Below, piece after piece: positions 45,697-59,116 of a stretch of DNA of 64,000 bases; position 1 is the stretch's first letter, and each line of letters starts with the position of its first letter. The notes beneath the pieces are model-generated. The model saw nothing but the letters and a program-made list of their open reading frames with translations, ran no database searches and was not told the origin of the DNA. This DNA is from the human T2T-CHM13v2.0 reference genome, Homo sapiens. The stretch is taken from NCBI RefSeq assembly GCF_009914755.1, contig NC_060930.1; one strand, given 5' to 3'. The position numbers were made by a program, and so were the translations under genes.

Positions 45697-46309
45697 ACCA
45701 CCTCCTCTTATTGAATAGGGAAGGGTTGGATGAATAGCAGCTGAGAATAAAAAAATAATGTATGGAGTCTTATTATATGACGTATTTTCTCTTTCAATTC
45801 TCAAAACGAGTTTATGTTCAGTGTTTAATAGTACATTTTTATCAGTCCAGCTCTCATCTTTTCAATTAAGCAAATGTGTACTGCAGCCCCGGGGCGTCGT
45901 CCTGGCTGTGTCTCCCAGCACCTGCATTCTCCTGAGCTGCAGCCACCGGAGCCAGAGTCTCCTGCACATGGTACTACGGCATCAACATCATCATCACCAT
46001 CACCCTCGCCACGAGGACCCTCAGAAATCATCTGACCTGAAAGTGTGACTTCAGTGTACACACCTTCCTCTCCCCTCACTCCTTGCCTGGACCACATCCC
46101 CTTCCTAAGAAGTTGCTCTGGCCTGAATAGAAAGCCCTCTTCCCTCCTCTCAGGAAAAGATGAGCTCCATCTCTAGGTAACACTGCTGAGCCTGTGCCTG
46201 CAAAGTTGGCATCCCCTACTCAGTCTACTTAGCTCAGCACAGTTAGATGAAAATAAATGCAGACATCAGAGTATTTCTCTTACCTGCAGCTGGCTCCCGG
46301 GTCATGCTT

Positions 46310-46430
46310 TGTCAGAGCTGGCACCCCGATATTGGAGTTTCCAGCCTCCACACTGAAAGAAACAAATTTCTGTTGTTTAAGCCACCTAATCTATGGGATT
46401 CTGTTATGGCAGCCAGAGGAGACTATGGGA
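46310..46430 (+). mobile_element. MLT1 LTR 3' fragment
   Basis: 'ttccagcctcc...aaatttctgttgtttaagccacctaatctatgggattctgttatggcagcc'. Confidence 0.8.
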
Positions 46431-47649
46431 AACACCCTCTGAGTTGCCCCACCCACCTTACCCCTTTGGAGCCCCACATTTTCCTTCTCCCAGTTATCGA
46501 CCCATCTGAATATTTGGACTTGCTCTCAACTCACAGATTGACCAGGAACCTACTATGTGCTTGACATTTTGGGGCCAATTCTTGTAAGACCCTGTGCCCT
46601 CCAGTTAAACAACTGATATTGGCATCCCTGTGAGATGCTTGTGGTCCTGCTAACATCAGCTGTGACTCTGGGTTCAGAGAGCAAAGTAAATGAAATACAG
46701 CTATGTTGGCTTCTGCCCCATTAGGAAAGGGAAAAATCAATGTTTGCCAAATGTAGAAGGACAAAATCAATAACGAAAGAAATTTTATTTTCAACCTTCT
46801 AAGGGAGTATTACGAAGAAGAGAGAGTGAAAATTATTATTATTTATTGATGTATATAGCACCTTCTGAAAGCCTCAAAGTGTTTTATAGAATTACAAAGG
46901 GCCTTTGCCCTTTTCTGCGTACAGATCACTCTGTTCTGCTCCTGCGAAGCCCTCGCTAGAGGGGCGAGTGCAGGAAGCATTAGAGCAACATGATGCCACA
47001 GTGACAGGGGGATTACTTAAAGTTGGCATCCTATTTATTTAGAAAAAAAAACAAAGGAATAATTAGTAGTGCAGTGAGGTCAGCACACCCTCGTCTTGCA
47101 GAAAGTTCCTGAGGAAGACACCTCCTCTTTTGATATTTAGATGGCATCATAATATATGTTGTTTGGCAGAAAGAGAAAAACCTCTCTCCACCCTTCTCCA
47201 ACGTTCCTTCCTTGGAACAAGCAGCACATTTGGGGAGAATCAGCCACCTGCTGCCAACATCTTAATGCAGTTCCTGGCAGAGGAGTTTTGATAGATGGAT
47301 TCAAAGCCATGAGTGTAAACGACTGAACAAAACTTTCAGGGGGGATAAGATGTCAAAGGAACGAGGCTACAGAAAGCAGGGCCTTCCGAGGTTGGCAGCT
47401 GTCTGAAAAATTCACAAAGGGAATAGTCAGAATGAAATCCTATAAGGGCAGAGCGATTTCAACTTTTCAAGCTCCTCTCACCTGTTTTTTCTCATTTGAA
47501 CTTTGTAATGATCTGTTGAGAAAGAGAGGGCAGGAATCATTAACCCCATTTTACAGAGGCTCATAGAGTGTAGGTGACTTACCCCGATTCATTCAGCTAT
47601 TTACTGGCAGAGCTCAGAATGAAACCTGGTCTCCAAGATTCTTAGAGCC

Positions 47650-48570
47650 AGAAAGAAGACCAGAGATCAAGAAGCTCAACTCTTTACCCCAAACAAGAAT
47701 CCCTTCCACAGCACCCCTGAGAATCCGCAAATCTGGGAATGATGAATTCATGACGTTGCAAGAATTGCATTCACTCTTTTAATTATTATTTGATCTTTTA
47801 ATTATTAAAACACAGAAATCTACCTCCGTATGCTGTCCCCTGATTTCTCCTAATTTTGCCATCTAGTCTTATCCAATCTGTCTCACTTCCATGTAAGGAC
47901 CCTGCAGATGAGGAGGGCTGATAGATGAGCACTATTACTGTCCACTATTTGACAAACATCTTCAGTTCCCTCAAGAACTGTTCCTATATTGTGGTTTTCA
48001 GATATTTTCCTCTCCTACCCTGGACAGTTCCAATTTGTCTCTATTACACATTAAAATCATATGCTCAGAACTCAACAAAAATTCCAAATATCATCTGACA
48101 TCATGAGAAAGTAAGATTATTTCCTTTAGTTTTCTGGATACTACAGGACATGCTTTGAGGGGAATCTTCATTCACACTGTTGAATTCAAGTGATCTACTC
48201 AAAATCCAAGGTCTTTTCAGAGGAACTGCCAAATTTTCCAACCACCAACACCCCATCCTGTATCTTTGCATTCAATCTCTAAACCTCAGTGGAGGACTTT
48301 ACATTTAGAAGTATTGAACTCTCTCTTATTCATGCCCATTAGCTCAGCCTGTTGAGCTCTTGCGACTCCTGATTCCATCTTCTAGCACACTGTCCTGTGT
48401 AGATTTGTGGATCAGCCCTTCTACAACTTCTTTCAAATTAGTAATAAATCAATTCAATGAAAGAGAGCCCAGAGTCGAGCTCTATGACAGGCATTAGTGA
48501 GTTCCTTATTGGTTGGCATTAGCTCATGAATCCACACACTGGTTATCCAGCTAGCAATTAACTTCCCCAA
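47650..48570 (-). mobile_element. L3/CR1 remnant
   Basis: Antisense CR1-like phrases ('cttcagttccctcaag', 'ctcagaactcaacaaaattccaaatat', 'ggaggactttacattt'). Confidence 0.5.
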
Positions 48571-49059
48571 CTAGTGTTCCCTGCACGTACTTCTTGTTAG
48601 GCAGTGCTCTAGGGTCAGTCACAGGTAATAGCTACTTTAAGAATAAGAGGGATGAAGTGTGTAAAATCTCCCTGAATTCGCTGTTGCTACCCCCTTTGCT
48701 TTCTGTCCCTGGCTCCATTGCCACTCCAGCTTCTCCCCAAGCCTGATGTCCCCGCTCCTGCTCCTGTAATCACCTTTCCTTGGGGTTTTGATGTTCCTGT
48801 GTCACCATCCCAATGAACCACCTTACCCAGTGTAGACTTCAGCTTCTACTTGAAAGCTCTCCCTTGAAACCAGCTGGCCTTACTCCGTCACTCCTTTTGT
48901 CTCTTACAGCGTCCCTTATTCCTGCAGCTCACACACCTTCATCTTGTCTACACAAACATTATAAGAAACTAAGTCAAAATCTCTAATAAAAATCCAAATA
49001 TATCACACAGTAGCATTCAGTTATCTATTAAGTTTGGTTACCATATCAGGAAAAAAAAA

Positions 49060-49610
49060 GTACACCTCTATGTGGATTGCTGGACCATAGTTTGTGTGTG
49101 TGGAGTTCACCTCCATGTGACCTTGGCTCCCCTTCTCCTGGAAGCTTCTGCTGCCATCTACATGGTTTCCACACAGCACAATGTGATCCCACACCCAGGC
49201 TGGTTGATTGGTCCAGGTGGCCAACTGCCCCAGACTGAGCCAATTACATTTCTTCTATAGAAACTAACCCTGAAACTGAAGCAAAGAAGCTAATTTCTCC
49301 TGGGTTACCAGACTCAAGATGCGGTGCTTAGAAGCCATTGGCTGCCATGTTTACTGTCCTGTGGACCAGGAAGAAGTTCCCTACCTGTGAGTGGAGAGAA
49401 GACAGACATGGAAGGGTTGAGAGGCACAGAGACAGCCAACCATGCAAATCCTAAAAACTCAGAGCCTGGTTACTGTTTTTTCTGACATGAACCACGTTCT
49501 TCTCCTTGGGTCCTAAGAGACACCCAATATTTTTAAAACAAAACCCCTTTTTATTTTAGTAGCTTGAGTTGAGTTTCTGTAATTTGCCACCAAAGAGTCC
49601 TAAGGGATAT
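49060..49610 (+). mobile_element. Old MLT1 (J/K-like) LTR
   Basis: 'gattggtccaggtgg...ctgagccaat' and 3' end 'gagttgagtttctgtaatttgccaccaaagagtcctaagggata'. Confidence 0.6.
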
Positions 49611-50263
49611 AGAGACAAGCACGACCCCCACCCCCAGGGCCACCCCACTGCTCCAACCTTTCTGGACTGTACCAGTGGAGTCCTCCAAACACAGTCAATC
49701 CCAAAGATGTCTGGGGCTGCAGGAAAAGAAATATCATTGAATAAATGTATCTCACTGCATCCTTTCTGGGCCATTGGTAACAACAGATAAACAAAGCCTT
49801 ATGTTCTTTCACATTCTTGAACAGCACAATTCCTTTTTATCATGCTGTTTATTCCACAGTTTGCTTTCTTTTCCTTTTTCTTTCTTGATGGCCTCCTATT
49901 TACAGCACAGGAAAGTCCCTCTACCAGGCCACAGTCCAAATCATGGACTATTATAGGCCACAGGGAGAGAAAGCCTGGCGAGACAGAGGCAGCTGAGAGT
50001 ATCTGCTTATTTTAGTGACTTCAAGTTGAACAGTGAAGGGAATTTCCAGTTGAATAGCCCTTCTGAGCACAGCACAAATGTTTCATGAGTCTCCTGTTCA
50101 CAGCCCAGGCAGGTCCGCTGGTAAATACCTGAAACAGTCTCTTTTTTAATTATACCTCTTGGTTAAAACCAAACAGCTTCTATGAGGGAGAAAGGAAAAA
50201 AAATGAATGAACTCTGCACAGTCCTAAATTCAGTCAACTTCACAAACACAGACACAACAGCTA

Positions 50264-50587
<324 letters not shown>

Positions 50588-50893
50588 TCAACCAACTGTG
50601 TCCGAGTTCTGCCCGTGGAATCTCCATGTCACGTGGGAGTCACCAGCCTTCCAGTTCAGAAGGAAGAAACTCTCCCTCCAGCCCGCTTTGTGCATCGCTA
50701 GGCAATATGAACATGAAGACCATCAGACTCAGGAGCCATGACAATGTCCCTACAGTGTTCTTGAGAATATGCCAGAAGAGACAACAACAGGGCTTAGGTT
50801 CTAAGTAACTAGAACCAATATATATTATAAGTTCCTTAGGGTCATGATCCCCGTTTGGTTTACTATTTTTCACCTCTCCTAGCTCCTAAAATT

Positions 50894-51050
50894 GGAAGCA
50901 GCTACATAATTTGCAGAACCCACCGCAGAATACAAATGCAGCACGCCTTGCTCAAAAATGAAGCATTTCAAGACAAGGACAGCAGAGCATTTAAACAAGG
51001 CGTGGGTGCCTGTTTGACTGCATAGGTTGCATATCCACGAACCTTGTCCA
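50894..51050 (-). mobile_element. MER45A-like hAT-Tip100 MITE
   Basis: 'gctacataatttgcag...ttcaagac...acagcagagcatttaaacaagg...gactgcataggttgca' matches the reverse complement of recalled MER45. Confidence 0.7.
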
Positions 51051-54000
51051 TAATACCTTGGCCACGCTTTGTGTAGAACAAATGCTTATTAATGAATCAA
51101 TGAATCGAACGACCAGGACCAGAGGCAGAAGGGAACTAAAGGGAAAGAGGATGCTCCTCCTTAAAGCAAGCAACCCATTTGTATCTCTTTGGGGCTTCTG
51201 CTTGGAATCCTTGTAAGGAAGGTTTCCAGTATTACATCAAGTTTGAAAAATGTCGTTAAGTGAAAGCATTATTTTTGTAGAATTTAGAGCACGGTGTCAC
51301 TCACAACTAGGTTCTTACTAAATCAAATCAGGTATGGATTGAATAGACGAAGCCATCAAGACAGAGCATCACAGAAAATACACAATCCGACATGCAGAAT
51401 TTAAATCTCCTTTAGAGCACACTGCTCACTTATAAATGATCCGTGAGTTCATGGGTTGCTCTGCCCCCTCCCCTCTGCTAAACAACATCTTCCCAATGTA
51501 GTTTCATGCCACTTCCCCAATTCGTTCCTTTAAATTCTCATTTCTACCCAAGGCCTCAGTCCCTATTATTAGCACCTCATATCGAAGTACCTGTCTGTAG
51601 GACTGTTGCAACAAAGTGTTCAGTCCTTCGAGAAGTTGCATGTTGCAGTAACCTTGGTCTGCTCTTTAAAAGCAAAGGATGGGGATGCTGACCAAGCATT
51701 TTCTGAGAAATGAGTGTAAATTGCAGGAAACAGTGTATAAATTAAAGGAACTGCCTAATATAATTAGCCACACAGGAAATGTAACCGGTCTGGAAAACAA
51801 AAGTGTAATTTATGAGGAAATATCAATTGGAATAATGTAAATAATGGGGTTTTCACTGTAGTTTTTAGTTACTTATGGAACTAAGGTAGTAATTAGGCAA
51901 GGAAGTGCTTATCAAAATCTAGGAAGATTCTCTAAAGATTCTGCTTTATAATGCCACCCCACCTTCAGGAAAGATCCTTAATTAATGGTATGATTTTGGT
52001 AAGATCTATAATGGGCCCAGGTGAGTCTCCCCACTCCTCACATTGTGCTAACCAAGCCTAAGAAACACAGCCTAGCTCTTAGCCAGGATTCTCAGGGGAA
52101 AGCTCTCTACTATGATTTCATTTGACACTTAATTCCCACCCACCTTTGCCTCACTCACATTTCTCACTGTTTCCCTCTGAAGTGGTCAGATATTGGCAAC
52201 ATCTACTTGTTTAATATCATACATACAAATAAAAACCATTATTGGTGTTCTTGTATGCCTCTCCGTGTATTAATTTCACCAACCTCCTCTTCAGCCTCAC
52301 CTTTTCTGTCTTACAAAGCAGTTAGGCTCTCCACACAAAAAAAAAAAACAACATATATATTTAATAAGCCCAGGGGCTCACTACATAAATGGAAACGTAA
52401 CACCAACCTCTAAGCAATGATGAATCGCATCAGCTTTAACTGGAGCTCAGACTCAGGCACAGATCCTTTTTAATTAAAGAAAAACAACTTGTATTTGTTA
52501 ATATATTTTTTTTACTATAAAAACCTGATGGTTACTTACCCTGAGACCTTAACTCTGCCCTAGTGTATCTCAAAGGAATTGAGTAGGGTAACCCAGAAAA
52601 ACTATGGCAGTGAATGCAAACACCCTCAATGCCAGTGCTGCTTGAGTTCTCTAGGCCCAGATCACTAATGACAGCAAACTGACAAAATGACTAACGAAGC
52701 AGAAAACAAAAACTATGCTTCACATCTGTTTCTGTTCCACTGCTGTTTCTTAAATAGGAGACCTGCCACCTGTCCAGTGGTCCACTGGCAGCCACAGACT
52801 GACCTTCCTATCTTCTCTTTCTCTTCTTGTCTCCTGGGATGGGTCCTTCAGTCTGTGTACTCCACACAGACATGTTGCGCCAACTCACGAGAGCCCTCTC
52901 CCACCTTGGTGCCCTCCACCACCCCACGCACCCTCTTCTCTAGAGGCAGAGGCTGCAGAGCTGCTCACCCTCCTCCTGCGTGGGGAACGGCCTCCTTCCC
53001 CACCCTGCCCCTGCCCACACCAGGTGGCCTGAGAGGTCAGGAAAATGATCCTGCCTCCCCAAAACACTGCAAGTCTACACCCCAAATGAGCACTTTCTCA
53101 TACTGAACAACTCTGAAGAAGAGAATGAGAAAGTAGATTCTAAATTGTTTTTTTAATTCCTTGGTCAACATATGGTTGAAGTTTAAAAACGGAGCTCACA
53201 AACTTTTCTGGTCTCATCCATGGGTCTTTTATGACCCTGATAACAAGGGGCGATTGGCTTCTTGGTATTCACAGTGTTTTAAAGGTAGAGATAGTGACAT
53301 ATATTTCGACACAAAGCAAAAAATATAGCCTCTTCCTTATTCCTACTTCTGGCCATCACAGAGATCCTTCTTTATAATTACTTGGGCTATTGCTATTACG
53401 GCCATCATTTTCGCTGTTTACTATTATGGGTATTTAGAGGCTCATAAAAAGTGAGCTTCCTCAATGCTTAGACAGCACGAGAGATAAATCAGAACACTGG
53501 CTGACTGGATGAAACCTGACTGGAAACAGCTGGATTGCTCTCTTGACTAAATATTTACAAAAGGCATGATTATATCACTGAGTGACACTGTGCGAATATA
53601 ACAATTTATCAATCATCTTGTTTAATGCCATTCCCTGCAGGAAGGGCTGCATTCCCACTTAACAATAAAAATCTACTGTATGCTAATCAATTTCCTTATT
53701 TTCACTTAAGGTTATTTCAGACACGTACGCCCCTGTGCTTTTATAACAACACATTTCACACAGAGACCAAACAAATGTTTTATAGGCCAAAAAGTGGGCA
53801 GGGGGTGTCAGGTTAACTATTAATCTCGGCTCACATGCAGTCTTTCGGGGTGATGGTCAGGAAGAGTGGACACGTGAAGGCGTGAAGATGTCGTCTGGGG
53901 ATCTGGTTACAGAAGATGCTGCTAATTCTGAAGAATTTAAGAAAAATGAAATGGCAGACACCGGTAGCGTTGTGAATTTGAATAAAGAAATGTGAGCCAG

Positions 54001-54344
54001 TGGTGATTTGCCATAGAAGTAGCCACGGTGAAGCAGGTCCACTGTCACCATGCAGAGCACTGCCCAGTAATGAGCTTTAGCAGAAGCAGAGGGACGCATG
54101 GTCCCTGTCCTCCAGCGCCCATCAGCCTCATGGGAGCAGCTGGATGGACCCAGGCTGTCTTGCACAACATCACAAGTGCAAACCTCTACAAAACAAGTTA
54201 GCAGAGGAATTCTGGGAAGATGGCTGTGGTATTAACAGCACAATTTTTGACTTCCAGAATTGTCATGTAAAACAGAGCAGGTAGATAGCAAAACCAACAA
54301 AACACATGAACAACATCTGTAACAAAACTAGACGACAAGGTTTT

Positions 54345-54651
54345 GGCTGGGCACGGTGGCTCACACCTGTAATCCCAGCACTTCAGGAGGCCAAGGTGGG
54401 TGGACCACCTGAGGTCAGGGGTTTGAGACCAGTGTGGCCAACATGGTGAAACCCCATCTCTACTAAAAATACAAAAATTAGCCAGGCGTGGTGGCAGGCA
54501 CCTGTAATCCCAGCTACTTGGGAAGCTGAGGCAGGAGAATCGCTTCAACCCAGGAGGCGGAGGTTGCAGTGAGGCAAGTTGGTGCCAGTGCAGCACTCCA
54601 GCCTAGACAACAAGAGCGAAACTCTATCTCAAAAAAAAAAGGAAAGAAAAG
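54345..54651 (+). mobile_element. AluS (Sx/Sq)
   Basis: TSD aaactagacgacaaggttt / aaactagatgacaagcttt. Confidence 0.95.
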
Positions 54652-55617
54652 AAACTAGATGACAAGCTTTCTCTGCAAATCCCAAAATACAAGTGAGTGT
54701 TCTAAAGTCCTGACTGCCCAATGCCAACATGTCATTGGCATCTGTGAGGAAGAAAACAGAGACAAGGAACAGGACAGGCTTGTGAGCAGAACCCCAAATG
54801 AACAGCAGGGATTCCCAGGGAAGTGTGCTGGGCTGATCTGAGAGGAGCCACTGAGTCCAGAAGGGGTTTTCTTCTGCATCATGGGCCAGCACAGGGGCCT
54901 GTGGCTACCAGGTCAGAGGGGCTCAAGTCATCTAGCTCCTCTAAACCCTCCAAACTGACCAGCCTAGTATCCCTCCCAGGAAGGGGCCCACGCCAAGGAG
55001 ATGTCAGGAATGCAACCACAATCTTGCAGCAGAGGGACAATAGAGGCAAAGGAAAGAGAAGGTGCAGATAAAAGCGGGGCACGGTGGAAGGAAAACGGTC
55101 AGGAAATAGCAAGCCAGTTGCCCCTTGTTTCCTATCACTATACAAAAACAACCTAAGAGGGAGAGGCACAAAGTTAGCAACTCTAAGAGCTTATTCTTCT
55201 AAAAAATTGGGAAAACAAAATCCACATAAAAGCGAGCAACAGAAAAACGTACAGGTCAATTCCAATACAAATTGACTGTAAGAAAAAATCAAATTAGTAT
55301 CAGAATGACATCCCTAAAGACAGTGAAAGCATGCCAGAAAGACATACTAAAAAACAAAAGAAGATCAAAACTACAATATACTTTTTCAAAATAAGCTGAA
55401 AGACGTTAAGAAAATGATATGATGTGAAAGACCAACATCTATCAGAATTAGAAAAACTCAAACAAGGGGATAAAACTCAAGAAAAAATTATACATAAAAG
55501 AAAAAATAATTTTAGAAATAAGACAAAAGTATTAGGAACACAGGCAAATAAACACAATAAATAAGGCCTTCTCAAGGTATAAAGGAGGGGATTTAAAAAA
55601 AAAAAAAAAAAAAAAAA

Positions 55618-55903
55618 GGCCGTGTGCGGTGGCTCACACCTGTAAATCCCAGAACTTTGGGAGGCCGAGGCAGGCAGATCACAAGGTCAAGGGATCGAGA
55701 CCATCCTAGCTAACACGGTGAAACCCCTGTCTACTAAAAATACAAAAAATTAGCTGGGTGAGGTGGCAGGCACCTGTACTCCCAGCCACTCAGGAAGCTA
55801 AGGCAGGAGAATGGTATGAACCCAGGAGGCAGAGCTTGCAGTAAGCCGAGATCATGCCACTGCACCCCTGCCTGGGCAACAGAGTGAGACTCTGTCTCAA
55901 AAA

Positions 55904-55935
<32 letters not shown>

Positions 55936-55950
55936 AAAAAAAAAGAAAAA
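55618..55950 (+). mobile_element. AluY with (TAAA)n tail
   Basis: 'gatcgagaccatcctagctaacacgg', 'gagcttgcag'. Confidence 0.92.
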
Positions 55951-57165
55951 GAAATTTTCAAAAAATTTTTTTTAAGTTTCAAGACATGACAAATACTGGA
56001 GATAACCAAAGAAATCTGAATGTGAATAATAAAAGTCCCTGAAAAAAAGAAAATCAAAGCAAGAGAGCAGAACAAATAATAATAATTCACAAAAGCTTTC
56101 CTCAAATTAAAAGAAAAAATGGTATGAGATCACATATTGAAATACCTCTGTGTATACTTGAGAAAAATCAACTCAGAATTATTAATATTAAGACATATTC
56201 TAATAAAACTGCTGGACTTTAAAGAAAAAAATCATCTGGACATTGAACAAAATGAGATTATGATTTATAAAATGATGAAATTAGGTTTTCATCAGATAAT
56301 TAAATATCAACTCTTGTGCCAAGAGAAAACAGAAAAACATATTTAAGATACGCAAGGAAAGAAAATATGAGTGAAAGATTTTATACCCAGCAAACCTGAC
56401 CTTCAAGTAAAGAAGGTTCAAACTCTTACCGACATGCAAAACTCAGGAAATATTCTGTCCATGAGCCCTTCCTAAGGAATCCATTAGAAAACAAGATTTA
56501 GAAAAATAAAATGACTAGAGGGGCTTTCAAAAAAAGACTTGTGATGAACATTAAATATGTAATTACTTGTAGAACCAAGAGTAAATGGGAACCAACAGAG
56601 AGTGATTGTAATATGTAGTAGCTAAATGATCTGACACTGTAGATATAGAACTGTAGATATAGAACAGCCATTTTTTTTAGTGGGAGAACAATGAGTATAA
56701 CATATTTCCTGTAAATTAGCAAAAACTTACAAGTCTCTGGATTCAGAGACTTAATCAGACTCAGATTTTATTCCTTTAAAAAGATTATAAGGGCCTTTAT
56801 GTTCTTTCATCAATAACCAACATGATGTCAGGTTTCATTCTTTTTTAATGAAAACCATATGTAACTATTTTTAGTAATTCTATTAAACTGTTTTCAGTAA
56901 TCAAAATTTCTGGTGGTATTATCAGTATTGCTATTCCTAGGTCTTTTTTAATGTGTAATTTGAAGTTAAACAAATGATAATCTAATACTATCATCTCCTG
57001 TGTCCTTCTTGATGTGGAAGAAAAAAGATACAGAGATAAGGTAGAAGAGTTTATGTAAAACATAACAAATCCTGTAGTGCTGAATTTGAATTAGAGGTAT
57101 TAGTCCGAACATAAAAGGTATTTTAAATCAAAATACAAGCACCCACACACAGGTTTACTGCCTAG

Positions 57166-57563
<398 letters not shown>

Positions 57564-57734
57564 GTCATTCATTTCTTGGAGAATAGGTGGAGTAAGAGAT
57601 GTAAACATAAGAAGATGAGCCCACACCCGGACACACCAGATAGCAAGAAAGCCATCAGGCATATTGAACTTCCATCAAGATGACAATTGCCATGGACTGA
57701 AACTCAACGTATGTATGTATATCCATGGTAATTT

Positions 57735-57875
57735 TATTTTTTTTTTTATTTTATTATACTTTAAGTTTTAAGGTACATGTGCACAATGTGCAGGTTAGTT
57801 ACATATGTATACATGTGTCATGCTGGTGTGCTGCACCCATTAACTCGTCATTTAGCATTAGGTATATCTCCTAAT
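57735..57875 (-). mobile_element. Very short L1PA2/3 3' end (~140 bp)
   Basis: 'gcacaatgtgcaggttagttacatatg...aactcgtcatttagcattagg'; short TSD taatttta. Confidence 0.9.
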
Positions 57876-58414
57876 TTTAATGATTTATTTTATATACTTG
57901 CAATCATTTATTTAAGTGGCTTTTTTTTAAGTGGTCACCTTCTGAAGATGACAGAGAACCAGTGAAATTCTTCAAAAAATAGTTAAATAAAAGTAGAGAA
58001 TCAAGAACTTATCCTGCCTTTCCTGTATGAACTTCATCACTGGGTAACCAATAATAGATGAGGATAAATATTACCTTACAAAATTATTCCAGCTAGTAAA
58101 TAAAAATAAAAAAATAGAATTAGAACATCACCATTTTGCAACCATATAAATTAATGGACTTAGGCATTGAGGATCAACATTTGCTAACATCAAAACAGAG
58201 CAGAATCAGACATTATGTTCCTCCCGATGAAAAACACAAGGCCATCTATAATCTTGCCAATGTGATCAAACCTGAGTCTAATCCAGCCTCTGAATTGAGC
58301 TGGCAATTTATAGGGAATACAGAGAACAAAAGATGTATCAAAATGTCCCATGCAATGATATTTATTCATGTTTACATTGCTACTTGTTTCAATGAATGCT
58401 CATCCTCACCGGAT

Positions 58415-58747
58415 TTTTTTTCTTTTCACTTTTAAGTTCAGAGGTACATGTGCAGTTTTGTTATATAGGTAAACTTGCATCATGGAGATTTGTTGTACAG
58501 ATTATTTTATCACCCAGGTATTAAGCCTAGTATCCATGAGTTATTTTTCTTGATCTTCTCTGATATGCTTTGGCTCTGTGTCCCCACCCAAATCTCATCT
58601 TGAATTGTAATCCCCACATGTCAGGGGAGGGACCTTATGTGAGGTGATTGGATCATGGAGGCAGTTTCCCCCATGCTGTTCTCATGCTAGTGAGTGAGCT
58701 CTCACAAGATCTGGTGGTTTAAAAGTGAGTGGCACTTCCCTCCTCTG

Positions 58748-58782
<35 letters not shown>

Positions 58783-59116
58783 TTCTCTCCTGCCACCACA
58801 TAAGACATGCCTTGCTTCCCCTTCACCATCTGCCATGATTGTAAGTTTCCTGAGGCTTCCCCAGCCCTGCAGAACTGTGAGTCAATTAAACCTCTTTTCT
58901 TTATAAATTTCCCAGTCTCAGGTAGGTCTTTACAGCAGCGTGAAAATGGACCAATATACTCTCCCTCCTTCTATACTCCACCCTCCAATAGGCCCCAGTG
59001 TGTGTTGTTCCCCTCTGTGTATCTATGTGTTCTCATCATTTGGCTCCCACTTACAAGTGAGAACATGTGGTATTTGGTTTTCTGTTTCTGCATTAATTTG
59101 CTAAGGTTGATGGCCT
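58415..59116 (-). mobile_element. L1PA13-like 3' end, split by MSTA
   Basis: 'gttgtacagattattttatcacccaggtattaagcctagta' and 'ggccccagtgtgtgttgttcccctc'. Confidence 0.85.
58561..58958 (+). mobile_element. MSTA solo LTR
   Basis: 'tgatatgctttggctctgtgtccccacccaaatctc...aaaagtgagtggcacttccc'; internal (CT)n; TSD ttctc/ctctc. Confidence 0.9.

Larger units (their letters stand above)
54200..56600 (+). mobile_element. Old L1M 5' region and ORF1 remnant
   Basis: 5' start 'ggaattctgggaagatggc'; ORF1-like 'agacatattctaataaaactgctggactttaaag', 'agattttatacccagcaaacctgaccttcaag'. Confidence 0.65.

Noticed and set aside
45975-46010. Poly-His stretch (HQHHHHHH)
   Set aside because: A short imperfect (CAT/CAC)n repeat with no other coding evidence
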